Positions 17,952 through 26,687 of a DNA stretch of 54,966 bases are shown in pieces. The DNA lies in the IMG/VR virus record IMGVR_UViG_3300020156_000036, positions 1 through 54,966 of that record; one strand, given 5' to 3'. The notes under the pieces were generated by a model that was not told where the DNA came from, searched no databases, and was given only the letters and a program-made list of their open reading frames with translations. This DNA is from a virus (Duplodnaviria > Caudoviricetes). Within the stretch, counting starts at the first letter, position 1. Every line of letters begins with the position of its first letter. Position numbers and translations under genes: made by a program.

Positions 17952-18725
17952 TTACACGTTCATCGTATGATCTTCGAGCTTGTGTCGCTTGCCCGGATAG
18001 TACAGGAAACCGATATCGCCCAGTTCCGGCGCATAGTACGAGAAAATGCGCCACGGGTCTTGCTTCGTCTTGATGATGCCTTCACGAACGGCTTGGTGCA
18101 TCATATCTTTGAGTTCGGTCTCGACTGCTCGAGTCCTGCCGAACTTGATCAGTTCTTCACAGATTTGCCGCTTCTGTTTATTGAACTTGGCGATGATTTC
18201 CATGTTCTCAGGTAGGGTCATCCGGTCAAGCCGGATGGTGAACTGATCATCGTCAGCCACCTCGTTTATCGAGGTGGTTTGTTCGATGCGATCGGCGACC
18301 TGTTGTAATAGCAGCCAGAGCCAGTTCGCAGCGTCTATGCGACTGCCCATAAGGTCATCGGGCATGGGCTCAAAGTGTGGTGGTTCGATGGCCGCCGGAT
18401 TTTCCTGAGCTTGCTGCTTCCAGGTCTTATTCCAACACCTTGCGAAACCGGCAGCCTTGGCCTTTAGGCTGGTAGCGGCCGCGGTCTTGACGTTGAAGTA
18501 GGCGTAGGCGTCGAACAGGTCTTGGGTGCCAAAATGGCGAGCGAGGTCGTAAGGGCTCTGAAAGACTGTTCGACAGTTACTGCCGTATTTATCGGTGAGC
18601 AGGTCCATGGTGCGGAAAGTGCGTGCTGTCCAGCGCTGCGACTCTTCCTCATGGGCTTTCAGTTGCTTGCAGAGGAAAAGTACCCACTCGCCCTCTGGTC
18701 GTTCTTCATAGTCTGCATATTCCAC
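17952..18725 (-). CDS. Protein with C-terminal winged-helix-like domain (paralog 2)
   Basis: IIKTKQDPWRIFSYYAPELGDIG; ACGTGGAG SD and TTTACA promoter. Confidence 0.7.
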   Translation of the reverse strand: MEYADYEERPEGEWVLFLCKQLKAHEEESQRWTARTFRTMDLLTDKYGSNCRTVFQSPYDLARHFGTQDLFDAYAYFNVKTAAATSLKAKAAGFARCWNKTWKQQAQENPAAIEPPHFEPMPDDLMGSRIDAANWLWLLLQQVADRIEQTTSINEVADDDQFTIRLDRMTLPENMEIIAKFNKQKRQICEELIKFGRTRAVETELKDMMHQAVREGIIKTKQDPWRIFSYYAPELGDIGFLYYPGKRHKLEDHTMNV

Positions 18726-18819
18726 GTTGCAGTCTCCACGTTGATATCTGACATTACACTTTCCGGGTGTTCATGTAAACTTTCAGGGCGTGGATTAACC
18801 CCACTGATGGTGCAGATAC

Positions 18820-19198
18820 AACAATGGCCCCGATGCACGTGGATACACCGGAGCCATCATTGCCGTGCGACTTCCGTCTCCACGTTCCAAGCTAATCTCG
18901 CGACCCGTGGCCGGGAGATGCTTGGCGACCAGGCCACGCAAGCGTGTCCCAGCCCCTCTGATGCGGCGGCAGATATAAGTGCCTGCCTGTTACCCCTCGG
19001 GCACGCGCTTGTTCTCCTACACACCTGATCGGCCTGCCTTGAACGCGTCCTAAGAGGCGTAACCAGCAGACGGACCTAGGCTTCGGTGAGCCCGCTATCC
19101 CTCAGACCGCTTCGGTGCCCTGGTTGCCAGCCGATCGGACCCCTTGCGCACGGGCCATGCTGACAACCCTACCGTCAAAGACGGAGTCCCGGAGCCAG
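18820..19198 (-). ncRNA. Candidate ~380-nt structured ncRNA with pseudoknot (RNA-1)
   Basis: Crossing helices 19179-19188/18869-18879 and 19147-19153/18863-18869; inner helices 19129-19136/19027-19034 and 19120-19125/19061-19066; 14-bp 3' hairpin with three G-U pairs on the - strand. Confidence 0.6.
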
Positions 19199-19200
19199 GA

Positions 19201-19228
19201 AACCCTCCCCGCCGAAGCGAAGAGGGCA
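19201..19228 (-). terminator. Hairpin with UUCG loop and short U tract (weak terminator or processing site)
   Basis: CCCTCTTCGC-TTCG-GCGGGGAGGG-TTT. Confidence 0.65.
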
Positions 19229-19243
19229 ACCGTTGGACCAGGC

Positions 19244-19633
19244 TTACGCCGTGGCGCCGGCGGCCGGCTTCGGAGCCGCGGCGGCCGGCTTCGGAGCAGC
19301 GGCAGCGGTTTCCTTGGCGGCGCCGGCGGCGGCCGGCTTGGCGGCGGTCTCCTTGGCCGGCTTCTCCGGCTTCGGTTCCGCTTCCTTCTCGATGACGATG
19401 ATGCCCTTTTCGACCAGCTGCGGCTGGTAGAAGGACAGGATGCGCGCCGGGTCCTGGCGGGTCGTCAGCTCGGACGACTTGGTCAGGGTCTCGATCACCG
19501 TCTTGCGCTCGGCGCGCTCGCCCGGCTTGCCGTCCTTGACCGAGGCGACGACGGCGTTGGCGCAGGCCTTGATCTGCGGGCCCAGCTTGTCGTCGTCCTT
19601 GGGCAGACGCACCAGCTTGATGAAGGTCTTCAT
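19244..19633 (-). CDS. Histone-H1-like protein: winged-helix-like domain plus Lys/Pro/Ala tail (paralog 3)
   Basis: LTTRQDPARILSFYQPQLVEKG then KPAAAAPKPAA tail; GGAG SD; TTTACA-N17-TACATT promoter; strong codon bias. Confidence 0.75.
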   Translation of the reverse strand: MKTFIKLVRLPKDDDKLGPQIKACANAVVASVKDGKPGERAERKTVIETLTKSSELTTRQDPARILSFYQPQLVEKGIIVIEKEAEPKPEKPAKETAAKPAAAGAAKETAAAAPKPAAAAPKPAAGATA

Positions 19634-19894
19634 GGTCTTTCTCCGTGTTGAACGCCGCTCAGTGCGGCTTGCATCGAGCAGCGTTGAATGACTCGATGAT
19701 TTGAATGTAGCGTGTCGCATTCATCATGTAAATAGGTGAAATGAACTCGACGCTTGGCCACTTACTACGTGCCATGCTCCCGTGTGTATAGAGTCTATAA
19801 GGAGTGCCTCCGGGGCATGCGTCACTCTCCGCAGTTTACACACGTTTCTGAGCATGCTACTCTTGACCATCATTCAGCCTTAAAGGACACTGTT

Positions 19895-20863
19895 GTGGCA
19901 AACGAACGGGGCAAGTCGATCGACAACACCCACCTGTCGATCGATCAAGCGGAGGCTCGTGGGTTTATCCACCGCGACTACATCGCTCACTGCCTTCGCT
20001 GGACTCACGTCGCGAAGTATATGCAGAAGAGCACTGTCTATCCGCGTGCCAGGGTCCTTGACATCGGTTGTGGCGTCGACTTGCCGCTGGCTCGTCTGCT
20101 CTATTCCTCTCGCCTGATCGTGGAGGACTACGTCGGCGTGGAATACAACAAGTCGCACAAGTTCAAGACCGAACCGTTCCACACCGGCAAGTTCCCGATG
20201 TCTGCCTACGGCTCCATCGATTTCGCGCACCCTGACCAGGTGATCATCGCCAACCCGCCTGAAGGTAGCAAGCTCACCGACAACCGCGTGATGTGGTATG
20301 GCGGTGACAACGAGCAAGCCTTCCACCGCCTGCCCAACGTTTTCGTTTCCTTCGAGATGCTGGAACACATCGAACCGGGGCATGCTCGCGCGGTTATGCG
20401 CAAGGTCTATGAGATGATGGTCGCCTGCCGAGAGGACACCGGCGACAATCCCATCGGCTTCTTCAGCACACCTTGCTGGAGTCCGCGGGTTGGCGCCGCT
20501 GCTAACCACGTCAACGAGATGCTGTACGAAGCACTCGGCGCAATGTTCGAAGACCTGGGCTTCGTCATCGAAAATGTCGCTGGGACTTTCGCCAGTCAGT
20601 CCGACTACAAGGGCCAGCTGATCGCCGACGGACACCTGTCGGCCTACAACGCGCTGTCTGAACACTATGACAGCAACTACCTGGCGACCATCTTCGCACC
20701 GCTCTATCCTCACTTGGCTCGTAACGCCCTTTGGACTCTGCGCGTTCCGAAGCCCGGCCAGGAATACGAGCGCAAGTTCCTGCCGCTCGCTGAGGTCGCT
20801 GGACCTTGGACTTCGTCGGCTCACTGGGAAGACCTGGCCTCGGATGAAGCCTATGGAAGCTGA
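19895..20863 (+). CDS. Class I SAM-dependent methyltransferase (small-molecule/O-MTase type)
   Basis: VLDIGCG, YVGVE, FEMLEHI, FFSTP, HVNE. GTG at 19895 follows AAGGAC and a TTTACA-N17-TACTCT promoter. No DPPY/NPPY or PCQ DNA-MTase motif. Confidence 0.85.
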   Translation: MANERGKSIDNTHLSIDQAEARGFIHRDYIAHCLRWTHVAKYMQKSTVYPRARVLDIGCGVDLPLARLLYSSRLIVEDYVGVEYNKSHKFKTEPFHTGKFPMSAYGSIDFAHPDQVIIANPPEGSKLTDNRVMWYGGDNEQAFHRLPNVFVSFEMLEHIEPGHARAVMRKVYEMMVACREDTGDNPIGFFSTPCWSPRVGAAANHVNEMLYEALGAMFEDLGFVIENVAGTFASQSDYKGQLIADGHLSAYNALSEHYDSNYLATIFAPLYPHLARNALWTLRVPKPGQEYERKFLPLAEVAGPWTSSAHWEDLASDEAYGS

Positions 20864-21788
20864 GCTCATCAACATTCAGAAACTGCCCGATGAACTTAAC
20901 GGTCAGGCTCTGGCAATCTGCATAAAGAACGTGCAAGGTTTCAACGAGCTGAGCGCCGGCACCAAGACTGATATCCACCGCGCAGTGGCTGAGGCCTTGG
21001 CTGGCGTTCACCATTCGGAGAAGGTTCAGACCGAACCACATCGAGTCTGCCAGAACTACTCCCAGATGCGCAATCAGGAAATGGCTTCGCGTATTGTGGG
21101 CATCGTCATGCCTCACTGGCGTGGCTCCGTGAAGACTGCTGCAGCTGCTCAGGTCCAGCTTATGCTGGACCGTGAGCTGACCCGCATGTGGAACGACATC
21201 GAGTCCTTCCACCACAAGTTCCGGCTCGATTATGGTGGACCGCCTCGGCCACTGCCCTTTGAGCTGGCACAGTTTCGTATCAAGTTCTTGCAAGAGGAAC
21301 TGGACGAATACGCGGCGGCGTATGAGGCTGATGACAGTCTTGAAGCACGTGAACAAATGCTGGATGCACTCGTAGACCTCGTCTACGTCGCTCTGGGTAC
21401 AGCCTATCTGCATGGGTTCAACTTTGCAGAAGCCTGGCGACGGGTCCAAGTCGCGAACATGTCCAAGGTTCGAGTCGAACGTGCTGAGGACAGCAAACGT
21501 GGAAGCAAGTTCGATGTCGTTAAACCTGAAGGCTGGAAGCCTCCTTGCCACCTTGACCTCGTGGGCGTCTTGGTTGCGCAGACTGGCGTGGCCCCTGCCG
21601 AAGGACCTGAAGCCCGACGAGCCGGGGATAACCCTGATACTGGGTCGGGGGACAGTGTTTCTGGATGGTCAGCCGATTGGGTTGGCTCAGGAAGTGAGCT
21701 TCGAGACGCACAGCTCCAAGCCGGGCAAGGCGACGAGGAAGGCGAATCTGAAACCGGACAACCAGCCGGGGACCACGACCTCTTCTGA
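20853..21788 (+). CDS. MazG-like (all-alpha) NTP pyrophosphohydrolase with extra N-terminal domain; probable dCTPase/dUTPase
   Basis: LQEELDEY, LDALVDLVYVALG, AWRRVQVANMSK, KPEGWKPP. Confidence 0.85.
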   Translation: MEAELINIQKLPDELNGQALAICIKNVQGFNELSAGTKTDIHRAVAEALAGVHHSEKVQTEPHRVCQNYSQMRNQEMASRIVGIVMPHWRGSVKTAAAAQVQLMLDRELTRMWNDIESFHHKFRLDYGGPPRPLPFELAQFRIKFLQEELDEYAAAYEADDSLEAREQMLDALVDLVYVALGTAYLHGFNFAEAWRRVQVANMSKVRVERAEDSKRGSKFDVVKPEGWKPPCHLDLVGVLVAQTGVAPAEGPEARRAGDNPDTGSGDSVSGWSADWVGSGSELRDAQLQAGQGDEEGESETGQPAGDHDLF

Positions 21789-22071
21789 CGGCTTTAAGCC
21801 GACAGTAGGTAAGCAGTTCTTTGAGTGTCCCTGCTTCAGCGCTCGACCCAAGGTGGCCAACGACCGTGAGGCTTGGCTGGCCGGTCACATGTATAATGAG
21901 ATACGTGACGAACTCAACCGTCGTGGTATCTGTCCCAATCGAGGCATGGTGATCGCGCTTAAGATCGCAGCAATCATGGCTCGCAACATTGAACCTGAGG
22001 ACCGAGCCTGGGTCGAGCCCCAGCTGCACGAGTTCTTTGACCATGAACTAGCCCACAACCCGAGCATGTAA
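21412..22071 (+). CDS. Hypothetical protein overlapping the NTP-PPase 3' end (start uncertain)
   Basis: Stop lies 1 nt before the kinase ATG; protein-like C-terminal half. Confidence 0.55.
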   Translation: MGSTLQKPGDGSKSRTCPRFESNVLRTANVEASSMSLNLKAGSLLATLTSWASWLRRLAWPLPKDLKPDEPGITLILGRGTVFLDGQPIGLAQEVSFETHSSKPGKATRKANLKPDNQPGTTTSSDGFKPTVGKQFFECPCFSARPKVANDREAWLAGHMYNEIRDELNRRGICPNRGMVIALKIAAIMARNIEPEDRAWVEPQLHEFFDHELAHNPSM

Positions 22072-22072
22072 G

Positions 22073-23062
22073 ATGAAGCACCCTGTGATCGTTCTCGAGG
22101 GCGCTGACTGCGCCGGTAAATCCACTTTGGGTGAGTTCTTGCGAGGCAAGTGGGGCGGCGCTCTCATCCACGCTACGTATCGCTTCCCCAACCAAATGTT
22201 CGACTACCACACGGCGCTGCTGGAGAAGGTGTTAAAGCTCCGTGAGCAAGGTCCAGTCATCCTTGATCGTTGGTGGCCGTCAGAGCTGATATATGCTGAC
22301 GTATTTCGCGGTGGTTCTCGCTGGCCCATGGGTGGTCGAATGCTGGACCGTGTCGCTCTGAAGCACGGGTTCATCTATGTCGGCTGCATTCCATCTGACG
22401 ACGGCTGGCATACGCGTGTGTTCAACGAACGGGCCGAGGCTGGCGGTGAGATGTATACTCGCAACGAAGGCGTCGCAGACCAGTATAAACAGTGGCATCA
22501 CCGTATGGTATGGCGCCCTGACTACCGGCGTTATGATGTCTGCACCCATGGCCAAGATATGTCAGGTTACGCCGACATTCTCCTCCAAGCTCATGAGACA
22601 GTTCAGCGAGACCTGCCGCCCCAGTTTCTTGATCGGACTTATCGCCAGATCGCCGGCAATCCTCGTTCACCACTGGTCATGATACTGGGTGAACGGTCCA
22701 ATCCGAAAGGCAGACACCACGTCTGGCCGTTCTTCGAACACGCTCATTCGTCTTTATGGGTGACTCAGGCCGCGGCAAACGCCGGTCTGAAAGAAGAACG
22801 CATCTGCTGGTATAACGTGCTGCCAGAGGACGGTAATGATCGCTACGTGGTTAGTGGGCTGCGAACAGTCTATGATATCGTAAAACCGCATTATGTGTTG
22901 GCTCTGGGTCGAACGGCTCAGATGATGTGCGTAAAGGCTGGTATGATGGTACCGGAACATGGCTATCGAGCACTGCCCCATCCCGCATACGTCAAGCGGT
23001 TCCAGAACGGCAACATGTCGAGTTACATCGATATGTTTGAAACCATGATCAGAGAAGGTTAA
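22073..23062 (+). CDS. dNMP (thymidylate-type) kinase fused to a uracil-DNA-glycosylase-like domain
   Basis: VLEGADCAGKST and ILDRW (kinase); GNPRSPLVMILGERSNP, VLALGRTA, LPHPAY (UDG superfamily). Confidence 0.8.
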   Translation: MKHPVIVLEGADCAGKSTLGEFLRGKWGGALIHATYRFPNQMFDYHTALLEKVLKLREQGPVILDRWWPSELIYADVFRGGSRWPMGGRMLDRVALKHGFIYVGCIPSDDGWHTRVFNERAEAGGEMYTRNEGVADQYKQWHHRMVWRPDYRRYDVCTHGQDMSGYADILLQAHETVQRDLPPQFLDRTYRQIAGNPRSPLVMILGERSNPKGRHHVWPFFEHAHSSLWVTQAAANAGLKEERICWYNVLPEDGNDRYVVSGLRTVYDIVKPHYVLALGRTAQMMCVKAGMMVPEHGYRALPHPAYVKRFQNGNMSSYIDMFETMIREG

Positions 23063-23065
23063 ACC

Positions 23066-23878
23066 ATGATCGGATACGACACTGCAGATCACGTCTGGCT
23101 CGACCTGCTCGATCACATTAACCGGGTTGGCGAGCCGCATGCTCCGCGTGGTATCGGCACCCGCGAAATACTAGGTTATCAAACCCGAGTCGATATGCGG
23201 TTCCCAATCGTTACGAACCCTGACCGCAAGATGGGTTATAAGTTCATGGCTGCCGAGGCTGCCTGGATACTCTCGGGTGATAATCGTGTATCGACCATCA
23301 GTCCGTTCTCCCGGGCCATCTCCTCATTCAGCGATGATGGCGAAACATTCTTCGGAGCTTATGGCCCCAAGATCATCGACCAGTTGGCCTACGCCGTGAA
23401 GACACTTGAGCAGGACCCAGACTCCCGCCAAGCGGTTATCAACATCTGGCGCGAGAATCCGCCGAAGTCGAAAGACATTCCCTGCAGCATCTCGGTTCAG
23501 TTTCTGATCAGGAACAACAAGCTGCACTGTCAGTACACCATGCGCTCTTCCGACGCGTGGTTAGGCTGGGTTTACGACGTCTTCAACTTCAGCATGCTGA
23601 GTGGCGTCGTGCTGCTAGGACTTAGCGAGAGGTTCCCACAACTGGAACTGGGTCACCTTACACTCACGGCTGGGTCGCAGCACCTTTACGACCGAGACCG
23701 GGAAGGTTATTCTGCTGTGTTGACCGGCAGTCGCGAACGCTGGCGGTATTTCCCCTTCAACCCTCGTGCCCAGTTTAGGCATGGCAATCACCTTGTGTCG
23801 GTTCTGTGGAATGCAGCTCACGGCGGTGGCGCACTTCAGCTGGCTCAGACTGGCTGGAACCTTGACGAGGTGAACTGA
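23066..23878 (+). CDS. Thymidylate-synthase-superfamily enzyme, dCMP-modifying type (hydroxymethylase/methylase-like)
   Basis: DSRQA, DIPC (catalytic Cys), MRSSDAWLGWVYD with Asp at the specificity position, SQHLY. Confidence 0.85.
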   Translation: MIGYDTADHVWLDLLDHINRVGEPHAPRGIGTREILGYQTRVDMRFPIVTNPDRKMGYKFMAAEAAWILSGDNRVSTISPFSRAISSFSDDGETFFGAYGPKIIDQLAYAVKTLEQDPDSRQAVINIWRENPPKSKDIPCSISVQFLIRNNKLHCQYTMRSSDAWLGWVYDVFNFSMLSGVVLLGLSERFPQLELGHLTLTAGSQHLYDRDREGYSAVLTGSRERWRYFPFNPRAQFRHGNHLVSVLWNAAHGGGALQLAQTGWNLDEVN

Positions 23879-24366
23879 TGAGACCATCATCTGATGAAAA
23901 CTACATCGAACAAGCTCTCGTCATCGCTAAACGTGCGACCTGCGCTCGTCGATCGGTGGCTTGTATCCTTGTGGATGTTCACAAGCAGATTCTATCCACC
24001 GGTTATAACGGTCCCGCAGCTGGTGAAGCACACTGCATTGATCACCCTTGCGCGGGCGCTCATCTGGCTTCTGGAACTGGTCTCAGCGTGTGTGAAGCTA
24101 TTCACGCTGAAGCCAACGCCCTCCTCCAGTGCCGAGATAAGTTCGCCATTCATACCGCCTACGTAACCACACCGCCATGCCGCGACTGCGTAAAGCTGTT
24201 GATGAATACAGGGTGCCGTCGCATCGTGTTCGTGGGCGACTATCCGCAGATGGAAGAGGCGCGAGAACTGTGGCAGCGCAACAACCTGGAACATCCTCTA
24301 TCGACCATAGACCCTACAATCACCTATCCTGATAAACGCAATCGTGAATGGGTCCGCCTTGGTTAA
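23878..24366 (+). CDS. dCMP deaminase
   Basis: ATCARR, TGYNG, HAEANA, PCRDC. Confidence 0.93.
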   Translation: MRPSSDENYIEQALVIAKRATCARRSVACILVDVHKQILSTGYNGPAAGEAHCIDHPCAGAHLASGTGLSVCEAIHAEANALLQCRDKFAIHTAYVTTPPCRDCVKLLMNTGCRRIVFVGDYPQMEEARELWQRNNLEHPLSTIDPTITYPDKRNREWVRLG

Positions 24367-26446
24367 GGTCCGGAAAGCCAAAGCGTACCGACATCCTGAT
24401 CAGCTTCCACTGATCACGCCTGATGCTGACTGGGTGGCACCTGAACAAGCAGATTGGATTGATTTCCGAGACTGCAAGTACTTGGGTCTTGATACCGAGA
24501 CCCATGACCCTGGTCTGACCGAGCACGGCCCGGGGTTTATCCGTGGCGACGCTTATCTATGCGGCTTCTCGTTGGCTGATGAGAATGGTCGTAAGATATA
24601 TCTGCCTGTCGGTCACGCCGAGGGCAATGTTGACAAGCAAAAAGCCCTCGAATATCTGAGATATCAACTCAAGCGACCTGGCCTCGTCAAGGTTGCTGCC
24701 AACGCCATGTATGAGCTCGAGGTTTTGTGGTCAGAAGGTCTGGAGATACCGGGCGAGCTTCGTGATGTACAGATTGCCGAACCCTTGCTTGATGAAGACA
24801 AGGCTACAGGATACAGCCTGGATGTCTTGGCAAACGAATATCTTGGCCGGCGTAAGAACGAGCAAAAGTTGAAGGAGGCTGGCGCCGCTTACGGCGGGGA
24901 TAAGGCGAACGTTAAGGCGATGGCGGCGATTATGCCTGCCAAGTATTGGGGTGAGTACGGTGAGGATGACGCTGACCTTCCTGTCCAGATTTATCTTAAG
25001 CAGTTAGAGCGCATCAAGGCTGAAGACCTACAAAGTATCTTCGACCTAGAAACCCGACTTCAACGCGTACTCTTTAAGATGCGCTTGCATGGGGTGGCTG
25101 TCGATCTAGACTACGCTGAGCGCTTGGCTAAGCAGACTCGCGAAGAAGAAGACAGACTTCTGAAATGGCTTCACCGAGAAGCTCACTGGGACTTCAACCC
25201 ATTCAGTGGCAGTGATTGTCATGCGGTGATGCTGAAACGCGGCTTTGAAGGTCCATACAACAAGCCTACGAAGAAGCATCCAGGCGGCGCGCCTTCGATC
25301 ACCAATGAGTGGCTGCAGGAGATTGGTCATGTCGACCCGGACACGAAACAGCCTTCCGGTTCCGGTGACGAGCTGGCGGCTAACCTATATGAGCTACGAC
25401 GCATCAACAAGATGCGGAAAGATTTCCTTGAGGGCGCTATTCTCGAGCGAAACGTGTGTGGTCGACTACACCCTCAATGGCATCAGCTTCGCGAGTATGA
25501 TGAAGAGGGTAAACGCACTCGCGGAACTCGATCGGGACGGATTGCTGCAAGTAAGCCGAATCTTACGAATGTCCCGGCACGAGACCCGGTGTGGGGGCGT
25601 CGCGTCCGTGGATGTTTCGTGGCTGACAAAGGAAAGCGATGGTTCAAGTTTGACTATTCCCAGCAAGAACCCCGCTTCCTGCTCCATTTCGCCTACTTGA
25701 TGGACCAACTGCCAAGGCATCTTGGCGGTGAGCCAATGCCTGGTGCTGCTGAGGCTGTTAAACGCTGGTGCGACGACCCCACGATCGACTATCACCAGAT
25801 GGTTGCCGATCTGATTGAGGAACGGTCTGGTAAGCCAATGAAGCGCCGTCCCGCTAAGGATATCAACCTTGGCGGTGCGTACGGCATGGGTTTCATGAAG
25901 CTGTTCAACAAGCTCAAGGTTCACTTCCCAGGCTTGACGACTGACATGTGTAAGGAAATCTTGGCTACCTACCATGAAGGTGTGCCTTACGTAAAGTCGA
26001 TGAGCAACTCCTGTATGAGGCGTGTTGAGGAGAAAGGCTTCATCCGAACCATTCTCGGTCGACGGCGCCGGTTCAACCGATGGGAGAAGAAGAGCTGGGG
26101 CAATAAGGATGACGGCTACAGCTGGACTTACGGCAGTTATGAAGAAGCGGTCGCCGAGTGGGGTGCCGAGAATGTTCAACGTGCTGGCATTCACAAGGCT
26201 TTGAACGCGCTTATTCAAGGCAGCGCCGGTGATCAAATGAAACTGACGCTGTGTCTACTGGATGACGAGGGGCTCACTCCTCAAATCCAGGTGTATGACG
26301 AACTAGACGGTTCATGGGAAACTCCCGAAGAAGTTCGACGCATCGTGCACATCATGACGCATTCTGTGGAACTTGTCGTACCTCACCTCGTGGAACCTGA
26401 GGTTGGTTCTAGCTGGGGTAATCTGAAGGATTGGGTTGATGGGTGA
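24344..26446 (+). CDS. polA: Family A DNA polymerase with 3'-5' exonuclease
   Basis: LDTET, DYSQQEPR, KDINLGGAYGMG, IQGSAGD, VYDEL. Confidence 0.95.
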   Translation: MNGSALVKVRKAKAYRHPDQLPLITPDADWVAPEQADWIDFRDCKYLGLDTETHDPGLTEHGPGFIRGDAYLCGFSLADENGRKIYLPVGHAEGNVDKQKALEYLRYQLKRPGLVKVAANAMYELEVLWSEGLEIPGELRDVQIAEPLLDEDKATGYSLDVLANEYLGRRKNEQKLKEAGAAYGGDKANVKAMAAIMPAKYWGEYGEDDADLPVQIYLKQLERIKAEDLQSIFDLETRLQRVLFKMRLHGVAVDLDYAERLAKQTREEEDRLLKWLHREAHWDFNPFSGSDCHAVMLKRGFEGPYNKPTKKHPGGAPSITNEWLQEIGHVDPDTKQPSGSGDELAANLYELRRINKMRKDFLEGAILERNVCGRLHPQWHQLREYDEEGKRTRGTRSGRIAASKPNLTNVPARDPVWGRRVRGCFVADKGKRWFKFDYSQQEPRFLLHFAYLMDQLPRHLGGEPMPGAAEAVKRWCDDPTIDYHQMVADLIEERSGKPMKRRPAKDINLGGAYGMGFMKLFNKLKVHFPGLTTDMCKEILATYHEGVPYVKSMSNSCMRRVEEKGFIRTILGRRRRFNRWEKKSWGNKDDGYSWTYGSYEEAVAEWGAENVQRAGIHKALNALIQGSAGDQMKLTLCLLDDEGLTPQIQVYDELDGSWETPEEVRRIVHIMTHSVELVVPHLVEPEVGSSWGNLKDWVDG

Positions 26447-26687
26447 TATGGTCGAAGACTTCAAGCTTCTGAAACAACGCGACAAAGAACGGCGCGAGCG
26501 AAACTGGCGCAATGCTGATTCAGAAGGCTGGACTCAACACACTCCGTACCATTGGTCACGACAGCTTAACGGCAAGCGTCTTGACTACTGGCCTAGTCGA
26601 AACAAGTTTCAATACGATGGTGGCCGCGTTATGGTAGGCGACGTCGTTGGTTTTATTCGCAAAAGAGAGAAGAACAATGCAGGTTAA
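26436..26687 (+). CDS. Conserved phage hypothetical protein
   Basis: MGDMVEDF..LDYWPS pattern; overlaps both neighbours. Confidence 0.7.
   Translation: MMGDMVEDFKLLKQRDKERRERNWRNADSEGWTQHTPYHWSRQLNGKRLDYWPSRNKFQYDGGRVMVGDVVGFIRKREKNNAG

Noticed and set aside
12299-19198. RNase P, tmRNA, tRNA or group I/II intron identity for the two structured regions
   Set aside because: No GAGGAAAGUCC, no T-loop/CCA end, no domain V, and neither interrupts a gene.
19895-20863. Calling this a classical DNA methyltransferase
   Set aside because: No DPPY/NPPY/SPPY or PCQ/ENV motifs; pattern is small-molecule class I.
19880-21551. Long - strand ORFs of 331 and 328 aa
   Set aside because: Antisense shadows of the methyltransferase and NTP-PPase genes.
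23066-23878. Calling this gene thyA
   Set aside because: Asp rather than Asn at the specificity position, and ThyX is present.
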